Below are positions 1 through 8,989 of a stretch of 64,000 nucleotides of DNA, piece by piece. This DNA is from Fusobacteriia bacterium UBA1095 (GTDB taxonomy: Bacteria > Fusobacteriota > Fusobacteriia > Bac17 > UBA816), in assembly GCA_002313635.1 (NCBI GenBank), contig DCBY01000030.1:3368-67367 (forward strand). The letters run 5' to 3'. Made by a program: the position numbers and the translations under genes. Position 1 is the stretch's first letter. Each line of letters starts with the position of its first letter. The notes below the pieces were generated by a model, which was not told the origin of the DNA, did not search any database, and saw only the letters and a list, made by a program, of their open reading frames with translations.

Positions 1-159
1 TTTACTAAAAAGCAGATAGTTGGGTCTATTATTGATGTTAAGGAAGAGTTGAATTCTCTTAAAGAGCTAGTAAAACAGGAATCGGTAGAGATTTTAAATG
101 AGATTGATAAATTGAGAGAATTTTTTGTTAGCATAGAGCTAACTAACATATCTATGTAA
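1..159 (+). CDS. 3' end of a hypothetical protein (5' truncated by window edge)
   Basis: Frame 1 is open from base 1: FTKKQIVGSIIDVKEELNSLKELVKQESVEILNEIDKLREFFVSIELTNISM, TAA at 157-159. Confidence 0.6.
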   Translation, partial: FTKKQIVGSIIDVKEELNSLKELVKQESVEILNEIDKLREFFVSIELTNISM

Positions 160-959
160 ATTGGAAATAAGAGTATGTTAGATTTGTCTTTAAGAGCTTG
201 ATGTTCCTTAGACAAGTATTTTTAGTGATATTGAGGGCTCTTTAGTGTGCTAAGGACCTATTATTTAATTTGAGGAGGATTTAGAAAAAGAAAAAGTATC
301 CCTAAGCAAAAATTGCATTTAATCTTCTAGGTATATGAAATTTTGCATTAAATAGCCCCCCTATTCAATTATTAGACTGTGTTAACACTTTTTATAAAGC
401 TCTTAATGTGAGTGTATAGAGGTAATTTTATAAATAAAGAAGGTGAGATAATGCGATTTTTTAATAGAAGCGGTGTGCTCATTCAACTTTGAAAATATTA
501 CTAACGTATAAAGATTTATCCAGATTGCAAGTGTACTAAGAATACATATGTGTGGAGAAATGAAAACTTTATAGGATCTCCGTTAACTGAATTATATGTG
601 CCAGGAATAATTCTTAAAGTAAATTACAAGCTTATTTGATCAAAGTTTTTTTAGCAATGATTTTGAGTGGATCTAAAAATTTAAAGATTGTCAAATTAAT
701 TGTTAGAGGAATAGGAATTGAAATTTTGTTTTTCTTAATCTCACAGTATCTTGTAAATATTTTTCCATGTAAGCAAATGGCATTAATTTAATTTATTATT
801 TAGACTTATTAATTGTTTATTAATACAAATTTAACTTGCTTAATTTAATAAATGAACAATTTTTGGCAGTAGTAATAATTATATATTTATTATTGACTAA
901 AAAGGATAATGTGATAAAATTGCTTATGTGCAAAAATTATTCATATAATGGGGGTATAG

Positions 960-2537
960 GTGTTGATAATAGTTTTTATATTCATTTTGAATTCCTGTGT
1001 CTTGGGCTTTACTCAGAAGAAAAGCAAGGGCTTTTTGGGGCAGGATGTTTTATCCAGATTAAAGGTGTCTGATGACTGCAAGTGTAGGGGTTTTGGTAAT
1101 TGTGATATTTGTTTAGAGGATAAAAATAAGTTGAGTGAATGGATGAAGTCAGATTTAGTTGATTTTAAAGACAATGTAGGTAGAAACAAGTTAATGGTGC
1201 TTGTAGGTGAATTGGAAAGAGGGGTTGAGTTTAAAAAGTCTATTATTAGGGGTTGTGTGGATTGTTTATTAGATAAACTGTCTGGTGACGAATATAGCAA
1301 TTTATCAGATTTAACATTATTTGATGAAAAAGATTATGAAGGTAGAAGGGTAATTTCCCATATGCTTACTATTGGAATGGTTGAGGAGTTAAGATATTTT
1401 ATTGAATCAGTTTCAGATAAGGTTCATTATAGGTATGATTTCGGTATTACTAATCCATCATTGGGAGATGGAGTTTCTCCTTTTTGCTTGTTGGCTAACA
1501 TAGTAAGAAAAAAGGGAGATTTAACTGGTATTTTAGAAATAATTTTAAAGGTTAATCCCTCCATTATGAATCTTGCTGTAGACGGCAAAGGTAATACGGT
1601 GTATCATCTTTGCTCAACTTATGGTAATAGTACTCTTTTTGAGTATTTAAAAGGACTAACTGGGTACTCCAAAGAACTCCTAAGGGTTAACAATAAATCT
1701 TTTTTAGGAGCAACGGCACTTTCTATAAAATGTTTCGAAAACAACATATTTAGGTCTATGTTGAAAGAGGAATTACAAAATGAACCCAAAGGCTTTAAGC
1801 CTAATCTGAAAGAGTATGGAAGAGAACTCTTACTTATTGCAGCTAATTCAGGCAATGATATGGCTATGAAAGTTCTTTTTGAGAATGGTGCAAATCCAAA
1901 AGGGGCAATCAAAGCAAGGGTATGGGAAAAGACAAAAACAGTGGGGAAATTTTTAGTGGATGTGGTTGCTAATGTTGGGGATACTTCCTCTTTTTATGCA
2001 AGTGCTTATTTGTTTGGAGTTGCCTATAAGGGTAATTTAGCTTCAACTATTGTAGGGTCTTTTAGAAAGCATTTTCTCTCAAATAAATTAGTATTAATGA
2101 CAGAAAAGGATATTAAATTTGCATTCAAATATTTAGATAGTCATTATGAATCTTTTCACAAAGCTTTGAAAGCTATTTGTGAGGGGAAATATGAAAGTTA
2201 CAAAGAAGTTTTGGAAAAAGTAGAAAATCTTTCTAAACGACTTGAAGATTATCATGGACATATAAGGAAGAGGCATCCTCATTTCTTTGGTTTGCAAGGT
2301 GTTAAGAAAGAGAAAGAAAAGGAAGAGGAGAGAAGAGCTGAGTTTATTCTGATGGGGGAGAAAATCTTTTTGGATGGTAACTTTAGTGAGGAGAATGTTA
2401 ATAAAATTCTTAATTCTGAACCCTCTTTTGAGGAGTTGTTAGAATGTGGTAGTGGACTGGTAGAAATTATTGAAAATTCTATTGAGAGAGCTGAAAATTT
2501 ACTTAAATCTCATGGGCTTGATAATTTAGTAGGGTAG
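960..2537 (+). CDS. Ankyrin-repeat putative lipoprotein/secreted protein
   Basis: GTG start, hydrophobic N-terminus MLIIVFIFILNSC; ankyrin-like motifs DGKGNTVYHLCSTYGNSTLFEYL and LLLIAANSGNDMAMKVLFENGANP; Cys cluster CKC-x5-CDIC. Confidence 0.75.
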   Translation: MLIIVFIFILNSCVLGFTQKKSKGFLGQDVLSRLKVSDDCKCRGFGNCDICLEDKNKLSEWMKSDLVDFKDNVGRNKLMVLVGELERGVEFKKSIIRGCVDCLLDKLSGDEYSNLSDLTLFDEKDYEGRRVISHMLTIGMVEELRYFIESVSDKVHYRYDFGITNPSLGDGVSPFCLLANIVRKKGDLTGILEIILKVNPSIMNLAVDGKGNTVYHLCSTYGNSTLFEYLKGLTGYSKELLRVNNKSFLGATALSIKCFENNIFRSMLKEELQNEPKGFKPNLKEYGRELLLIAANSGNDMAMKVLFENGANPKGAIKARVWEKTKTVGKFLVDVVANVGDTSSFYASAYLFGVAYKGNLASTIVGSFRKHFLSNKLVLMTEKDIKFAFKYLDSHYESFHKALKAICEGKYESYKEVLEKVENLSKRLEDYHGHIRKRHPHFFGLQGVKKEKEKEEERRAEFILMGEKIFLDGNFSEENVNKILNSEPSFEELLECGSGLVEIIENSIERAENLLKSHGLDNLVG

Positions 2538-2560
2538 TTTTTTACTTTTAGGAGGTAGTT

Positions 2561-4000
2561 ATGACTTATATTTTTTTACTGTTGTTTAGTGGTTGTCAAA
2601 GTGATTTTTCTTTTATAAAACCAAAGGGAAGAATTGATGATTTTATGAAATCTAGGAAGAATTACATAAAAGACGGAACTATGGTGTTAGATCAATCAAA
2701 GATTAGGGGGATGGTAGAGTCTTTTGTTGATAAGCCTGAAGAGTTGAGCGACCCTTTTGAAACTTCATTTTTTGGGGGCTTTTCTTTTATTCATTTCGTA
2801 TTTGCTATGGAGTGTGAAAAGAATGATACTCTTTTTGAAAATGCCTATGCTAAATTGTTTGAGGATAAGCCGGATGTTCTTGAAAGGGCCTTTAGAGTAA
2901 GTACTAGAAATAGACTTAATTTGGTACACCTTGCTTTAAAATATGGAAATCAAAGTGGGTTTGAAAAGATAAAATCTTTACCTATATCAGAAAAGTATTT
3001 CAAATCTTCCAATATTATTGGAGAAGATCCTTTTATGTTAGCAGTACGTATAATTTCAAGACAGGTAGCAAAGCCCGACTATTGTCAAAATTATATAAAC
3101 TTTTTAGTAGAATCAATTTCTTATATGTCGAGCAAAAGTTATTTTTTAGATAGTGAAGGTAATTTAATTAAAAATAGGGAAGGTAAAGATAGTTTAACTG
3201 GGAGTATATCTGCTTTTGTTGATAGTTATGAAGATGAAGATGATGTAGAAAGATTCATTCCAATATTTAGATTTATTCTTGGAAATGTTATGTCTAAATT
3301 GGGTAAGAGTAAGGTATTAGAAGCATTGGACAATTGGGAAGAGGTTTCTGGAGCCAAGAACCATAATTTTTTGCAACAGAGGATAGGTGAAGTTATAGAA
3401 CAAGTTAAAAAGTGCAGTGAGGATGATCTTTCAGAAATGGTCAATGATATGTTGATTTCCCAATCTGGAAAAGAACAAGAGCTGTCAAATGATACTCAGG
3501 ATGAAGATTGTGATACAACGGGAAAGGAAGACAAAGCCACATCATCAAAAACGAAAAAATCAGACAATGTAGAGGAAAGGTTAACGGCTTTAGAGAGGAA
3601 GCTTGATGCCTTCATAGATGCGTCTACGCGTATCTTGGCTTCAAAGACCTCTAGGGAGGATATTGATCTTCAGATTGAGTTGTTGGAAGCAAATAAAAGT
3701 GAATTGCATGCTGAAATGGATGTATTGTATGCTGAAAGGAATAACATTGTTAGAGGAAGGGAAAAGATGGGGGAACTCTTTTATCGTCGAAGTGAACCCT
3801 CTTATCATAAGTTGTTGAAAGCAAATAGAGAGGAATTGCATGCTAAAATAAGGGTATTGAATGCTAAAATGGAAATGTTAGAATCGGAAAAAGAGAGGTT
3901 AGAGGAGAAAGACTCACACGAAAGACGATTAAGTACTGAAAAACAAGGTCACGTTGATTTTGAAAAAGTTCCTTCTAGTGCCCTTACTACTTCGCATTAA
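2561..4000 (+). CDS. Putative lipoprotein with degenerate ankyrin-like repeats and C-terminal coiled coil (paralog family A)
   Basis: SD AGGAGG; MTYIFLLLFSGC; LNLVHLALKYGN and GEDPFMLA motifs; clear paralogy with 4929..6101 over about 280 aa. Confidence 0.7.
   Translation: MTYIFLLLFSGCQSDFSFIKPKGRIDDFMKSRKNYIKDGTMVLDQSKIRGMVESFVDKPEELSDPFETSFFGGFSFIHFVFAMECEKNDTLFENAYAKLFEDKPDVLERAFRVSTRNRLNLVHLALKYGNQSGFEKIKSLPISEKYFKSSNIIGEDPFMLAVRIISRQVAKPDYCQNYINFLVESISYMSSKSYFLDSEGNLIKNREGKDSLTGSISAFVDSYEDEDDVERFIPIFRFILGNVMSKLGKSKVLEALDNWEEVSGAKNHNFLQQRIGEVIEQVKKCSEDDLSEMVNDMLISQSGKEQELSNDTQDEDCDTTGKEDKATSSKTKKSDNVEERLTALERKLDAFIDASTRILASKTSREDIDLQIELLEANKSELHAEMDVLYAERNNIVRGREKMGELFYRRSEPSYHKLLKANREELHAKIRVLNAKMEMLESEKERLEEKDSHERRLSTEKQGHVDFEKVPSSALTTSH
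3680..3870 (+). repeat. Imperfect intragenic direct repeat (~58 bp units, 132 bp apart)
   Basis: ttgttggaagcaaataaaagtgaattgcatgctgaaatgg vs ttgttgaaagcaaatagagaggaattgcatgctaaaataa; LLEANKSELHAEMDVLYAE vs LLKANREELHAKIRVLNAK. Confidence 0.7.
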
Positions 4001-4205
4001 TAGGATAATAGGGAAGGAAAGAGATTTTTTGGTATATTAATTTTAAGAGAGAGGGGCTTGCTTTTTCTTCGTAAGTGTTGTTATATTCTGTTTAGTAAAC
4101 AATAAATCTAAGGGAGAGGTACCTGGGTTAAAAGCAATCACGGTTTATCTTTGAGTTTAGAAAAGCCTAGATCTATTTACAAAAATTTACAATATTTTAT
4201 TGTGA

Positions 4206-4627
4206 TTTTTATTATTAGTGTGTAGTTGTCAGAATAGTTTTGGACATTTGCTACCAAAAGAAAGGGTTGACGATTAAATAAAATTTAGTGAAAACTATAT
4301 GGAAGACGAATTTATAGAATTAGGGGGGCTTTTGTTATAAGCTTTGATAAGTTGTAGGATCCATTTCAGATTTCTTTGTCCGAGGGCCTTTTTTTTATAT
4401 TTGTTATGGATTGTAGTAAGAATAACTATCATTTTGAGGATACCTATAGTGTTATGGTTAAGGAAGAGCCTTTATTAATAAGGCCTTTTAAGAAGGGGCT
4501 AGTGCTGAATTTAATTTGGTGTATATTAGTTTTCAAATATGGAAATCAAAGTGGGTTTGACAAATTAAACTCTTTACACCAGGTACAAGTTTTTCTTCTA
4601 CAGATATAATCAGATAGGACCCCTTTG
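4206..4627 (+). pseudogene. Degraded copy of paralog family A lipoprotein
   Basis: FLLLVCSCQNSFGHLLPKERVDD*IKFSENYMEDEFIEL (TAA 4275-4277), then DPFQISL..., FKYGNQSGFDKLNSL and STDIIR*DPF; all match the flanking paralogs; 26-nt block aaatatggaaatcaaagtgggtttga is identical to the one near 2939. Confidence 0.85.
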
Positions 4628-4928
4628 CAATATTTCAGAATTGGCCAATAAGATATTGATTTGGAAATCTGAAAAAGAAAAAAGCTGTTAAATAATCCCG
4701 GGATGAAGATTTTAATAAAAAGCGAAGAGAGAGCTAAAGCTAGTGAATTGATAGGGTAGTTGAGAGGCTTAAAGGAGGTGCTTTAGAACTTGATTTCAGC
4801 AAGTTTTAAGAGTGATTTGGAGGAAAAAGGAGGAATTCTAATATTTTGTTTCATTTTTATTCAAATATGAATGAATTATACAGAATTAATTTGAAATTGT
4901 TTGTGTAATTTCTTATTAGGAGGTAATT

Positions 4929-6101
4929 ATGATTTATGTCTATTTATTGTTTATTTGTGGTTGTTGGAGTTATTTTCCTTCTATTGAGGTAAAAGGCAAA
5001 ATTGATGGTTTGATAGAGGATACAAACTATGCGAGAGATGATTTCATAGAGTTAGATCAGTTAAAAGTAAGAAAATTAGTAAAATGCTTTCTGGAAGACC
5101 CTAAAGAACTTGAGGATCCTTTTGAGCCGTCACTGTTTGATGATTTTTCTTTTATTCATCTTCTATTTTCTATGAGATGTGAAAGGAATGATGTTGTTTT
5201 TGGAGAAGCTTATGACAAGTTGTTTGTTGAGGGTTCTTGTCCCCTTGAGAGAGCTTTTGAAGAGAGGACTGCTACAGGGCTTAATTTAGTGCATTTGACG
5301 CTAAAATACAGAAACCAGGGTGGGTTTGCAAAAATTAGAAGTTTAAATGCATGTCTGCCTAGATTTGCACAATACTTCGCTGCTACTGATATAATTGGTA
5401 TAGATCCTTTTATGCTAGCATCATTTAGTCTTTCAGGAGGTGTAGTTTCATCTTCACACTGCAATCCTAGTGATTTGCAATTTTTAGCAAGATCTATTAT
5501 TTATATGTCCGAAAAAAAATATTTTTTGAATAGTCACAATAAAGTAAGCTTAAATAAGGAAGGGAGAAATTTTTTAACAGGGAGTATATTCGCTTTTGTA
5601 GATAATTATGAAAATGTTAATGACATAGAAAGATTTGTTCCAATATTCAAATTTCTTATTGGGAATTTTTTATTAAATGTGGGTGATAAGTCTAAAATTG
5701 AGAAGATATTAGATAACTGGGAGGAGATGTCAGGTGCCTCAGAACATGAATTGTTGAAGAAGAAAATAACTGAGGCCAAGAGAAAAGTTGTGCTTTTTAG
5801 AAGGGATAAGTTAGAGGAGGTTACTAAAAGCATAACGAATATTCATTTTTTAGAAAAACTAATGAATGATCATGGCAACAATATTTTGGGAAAGGGACCA
5901 AGTTCCTCAAAAGGGAGTTCAAGAACAAAAGTGAAATCGGGTAGAGGAAGCTCTTCGCCACCCTTTCTTCGTGTGATTTCAAAAAAGCATGTAGAATCAC
6001 CAGGCAGATCCTCCTTAGCTAAATTTCAATCTCGTGTGACTTCAACGCCAAGTAGCCCCGAAGCAGCAATGAGATCGGATCGTAGAAAAATTACTAAATA
6101 G
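4929..6101 (+). CDS. Putative lipoprotein with degenerate ankyrin-like repeats and Ser/Arg/Pro-rich tail (paralog family A)
   Basis: SD GGAGG; MIYVYLLFICGC; shares DPFE-FSFIH, LNLVHL-LKY, LTGSI-AFVD-YE, ERF-PIF-F and LDNWEE-SGA with 2561..4000. Confidence 0.7.
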   Translation: MIYVYLLFICGCWSYFPSIEVKGKIDGLIEDTNYARDDFIELDQLKVRKLVKCFLEDPKELEDPFEPSLFDDFSFIHLLFSMRCERNDVVFGEAYDKLFVEGSCPLERAFEERTATGLNLVHLTLKYRNQGGFAKIRSLNACLPRFAQYFAATDIIGIDPFMLASFSLSGGVVSSSHCNPSDLQFLARSIIYMSEKKYFLNSHNKVSLNKEGRNFLTGSIFAFVDNYENVNDIERFVPIFKFLIGNFLLNVGDKSKIEKILDNWEEMSGASEHELLKKKITEAKRKVVLFRRDKLEEVTKSITNIHFLEKLMNDHGNNILGKGPSSSKGSSRTKVKSGRGSSSPPFLRVISKKHVESPGRSSLAKFQSRVTSTPSSPEAAMRSDRRKITK

Positions 6102-6610
6102 ACTTAGTTTATCATTTATTCTAGTAAAACTTCATTAGAAGCAAGTGAGGATGGGGATGGTCTAAGAAGTTGTTATTGCTACTACTGACACATTTGTGAA
6201 TGCAAGGGATAATATATATAAATAGACTGCTTGTTAATTAAAGCTTGAATAATACTAGTTTTTTGTAAATTTTCTGTATGGTTTTAGAAAATTACGTCAT
6301 ATTGGTAATTAAGAGGAGATATTAATGCTTTTATATGAATTGTTAAATGATCAATTTCATTATTTGATTATAATCTCTACTCTTTCAACTGAGACATTAC
6401 GGTAGTTGAATTATGATTTTTATTTGATTGAGTACTATTACTTCTGCTTAAGGTGATTAATTGCTATTAACAGCATTAGTAAAGATAAGAAGGAAATGGT
6501 AGGTAGAATTATGTACACTTTTTTTATGTATTTTCCCTTTATGTTTTGTGCTTCAACAAGTTCATTAAAATTTTTTTATGATAGAATATTCCTGTTGAAA
6601 GGATTTAGAT

Positions 6611-8989
6611 ATGTTAAGTAAAATTTTTGAAAGTATTTTTGGGACTAGAGATTCAAGGACCATAAATAAAATAAAAGTCTATGTTAATAAAATTAATGAT
6701 CTTGAGGATCAATTTTCTTCTCTTTCTGATGAAGAATTAAAGTTGAAGACAAAAGAGTTTAAAGAGAGGGTTTCTCAAGGGGAGTCATTGGAGTCTATTT
6801 TACCTGAAGCTTTTGCAACAGTTAGAGAGACATCAAAACGTGTGTTGGGTATGAGGCATTTTGATGTTCAATTAATTGGTGGTGTAGTGCTTCATCAAGG
6901 TAAGATAGCTGAAATGAGGACAGGTGAAGGTAAAACTTTGGTCGCTACTCTACCTGTCTACTTGAATGCGTTAACTGGAGGGGGCGTTCATGTTATTACA
7001 GTCAATGATTACCTTGCTAAAAGAGACAAAGAGTGGATGGGTAAGATTTATGAATTTTTAGGACTGAGCGTTGGTGTTATTGTTGCTGGTATGTCACCAG
7101 AAGAGAGAAAGAAAGAGTACTCTTCTGACATTGTCTATGGTACAAATAATGAGTTCGGATTTGACTACTTAAGAGATAATATGACTCAAAGCTTGGATGA
7201 TGTTGTACAAAAAAATCTTAACTTTGTAATAGTTGATGAGGTAGATAGTATCTTAATTGATGAAGCAAGAACACCTCTGATAATATCTGGATCATCTAAA
7301 GATATGATGAAAATATATGAACTGTTTGCAAGTGTTGCAAAACAGTTAGGCAAAGATTCAGATTATGAAGTTGATGAAAAAGAGAATTCTGTTCTTATGA
7401 AAGAAGAGGGTATAGCGAAAGTAGAAAAAATACTAGATATAGATAACCTGTACTCTGAAAAAAATGTAGAATTAACCCACTTTCTTAACCAAGCCTTAAG
7501 GGCAAAAGAGCTCTTCAAAAAGGATAAGGATTACATAGTTAGAGATGGAAAAGTAATAATAGTTGATGAATTTACAGGAAGACTAATGGATGGCAGAAGG
7601 TACTCTGATGGCCTACATCAATCTATAGAAGCTAAAGAGAAGGTTGTAATAGCATCAGAAAACCGTACTCTGGCTACAATTACTATACAAAATTACTTTA
7701 GACTTTATAACAAAATAGCTGGTATGACAGGTACTGCCAAAACTGAAGAGACAGAATTTTCAATGATATATGACTTGAATGTAGTGTCAATTCCAACAAA
7801 TAGGCCTATAGCTAGAGTTGATCATTCAGACTTGGTATACATACTAGGTAAAGAGAAAATGAGTGCTATAGTAAAAAAGATAGAAGAGGTTCACAAAAAA
7901 GGTCAACCTATACTAGTAGGTACAGCTTCTATTGAGATGTCAGAGGTTATATCTAAGATGCTAAGAAAAAATAATGTCCCTCACAATGTTTTGAATGCTA
8001 AGCATCATGAGAAAGAGGCAGACATAATTGCTCAAGCTGGTAGATTTGGAGCTGTAACCATAGCTACTAACATGGCAGGTAGAGGTACTGATATAGTTTT
8101 AGGTGGTAACCCTGAATTTTTAGCTAATAGGGAGCTGAGTGAGGAAGACCCTGGTTATGAAGATCTTATAAAGAAGTATATAAGGAGATGTTCAGAAGAG
8201 AAGCAAAAAGTTCTCGAATTAGGTGGGCTCTTCATACTTGGTACAGAACGTCATGAGAGCAGAAGAATAGATAACCAGCTTAGGGGTAGAGCAGGAAGGC
8301 AAGGAGATCCTGGAGAGACGCAATTCTACATATCTCTAGATGATGATTTGATGAGAATGTTTGGTTCAGAAAGGGTTGCTAGTCTGATGTTAAGAATGGG
8401 ATATAGTGAAAAAGATCCTATACAGCATAGAAGTGTTAACAACTCCATAGAAAGTGCTCAAAAAAGGGTAGAAGCAAGGAATTTTAGTGTTAGAAAGCAA
8501 CTTCTTGAGTATGATGATGTTGTCAATAAGCAGAGAGAAGTTATATATAAACAGAGAAAAGAAATTTTGAATGATGAATCTCTCTATGAAAAACTTAAAT
8601 CGATAATAGATAAGGTTGTTTCAGGTGCAAAGAGCACCTATATGGGTGATAACCCTGATGTAGAGTCTTTCATTGGTTATTTCAGTGATAAGTTTAGCTT
8701 TGATATAAAAGGTATAGAAGATATAGAGTCATCAATTTTTGAGCATTTAAAGAACAAATTAGAGGGCAGAGAAGATTCAATAAAGAGAATAATGCTTCAA
8801 GTAATAGATGGCAGATGGAGAGAAAATCTTTCTAATCTTGACTCTTTAAGAGAAGGGATACACCTTAGATCCTATGGACAACAGGATCCTATAGTTCAGT
8901 ACAAAATTGAAGCATCTAGACTTTACTACAGCATGGCAGCTCACATAAGAGAAGAGATATTAACTTATCTCTTTAGAATAGAGTTATGA
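6611..8989 (+). CDS. secA: Preprotein translocase ATPase SecA (lacking C-terminal tail)
   Basis: MRHFDVQLIGG, EMRTGEGKT, DEVDSILIDEARTPLIISG, IATNMAGRGTDI, RRIDNQLRGRAGRQGDPG. Confidence 0.99.
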   Translation: MLSKIFESIFGTRDSRTINKIKVYVNKINDLEDQFSSLSDEELKLKTKEFKERVSQGESLESILPEAFATVRETSKRVLGMRHFDVQLIGGVVLHQGKIAEMRTGEGKTLVATLPVYLNALTGGGVHVITVNDYLAKRDKEWMGKIYEFLGLSVGVIVAGMSPEERKKEYSSDIVYGTNNEFGFDYLRDNMTQSLDDVVQKNLNFVIVDEVDSILIDEARTPLIISGSSKDMMKIYELFASVAKQLGKDSDYEVDEKENSVLMKEEGIAKVEKILDIDNLYSEKNVELTHFLNQALRAKELFKKDKDYIVRDGKVIIVDEFTGRLMDGRRYSDGLHQSIEAKEKVVIASENRTLATITIQNYFRLYNKIAGMTGTAKTEETEFSMIYDLNVVSIPTNRPIARVDHSDLVYILGKEKMSAIVKKIEEVHKKGQPILVGTASIEMSEVISKMLRKNNVPHNVLNAKHHEKEADIIAQAGRFGAVTIATNMAGRGTDIVLGGNPEFLANRELSEEDPGYEDLIKKYIRRCSEEKQKVLELGGLFILGTERHESRRIDNQLRGRAGRQGDPGETQFYISLDDDLMRMFGSERVASLMLRMGYSEKDPIQHRSVNNSIESAQKRVEARNFSVRKQLLEYDDVVNKQREVIYKQRKEILNDESLYEKLKSIIDKVVSGAKSTYMGDNPDVESFIGYFSDKFSFDIKGIEDIESSIFEHLKNKLEGREDSIKRIMLQVIDGRWRENLSNLDSLREGIHLRSYGQQDPIVQYKIEASRLYYSMAAHIREEILTYLFRIEL

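Noticed and set aside
836..1072. 78-aa ORF overlapping the ankyrin gene
   Set aside because: AT-rich promoter region read-through with TTG start, no SD, and overlap with a better ORF
4376..4609. 77-aa ORF as an independent gene
   Set aside because: It is an internal fragment of the family A pseudogene
6325..6405. Short ORF MLLYELLNDQFHYLIIISTLSTETLR after a good SD
   Set aside because: Only 26 aa with no motif or paralog; it may be decayed sequence and cannot be supported as a gene
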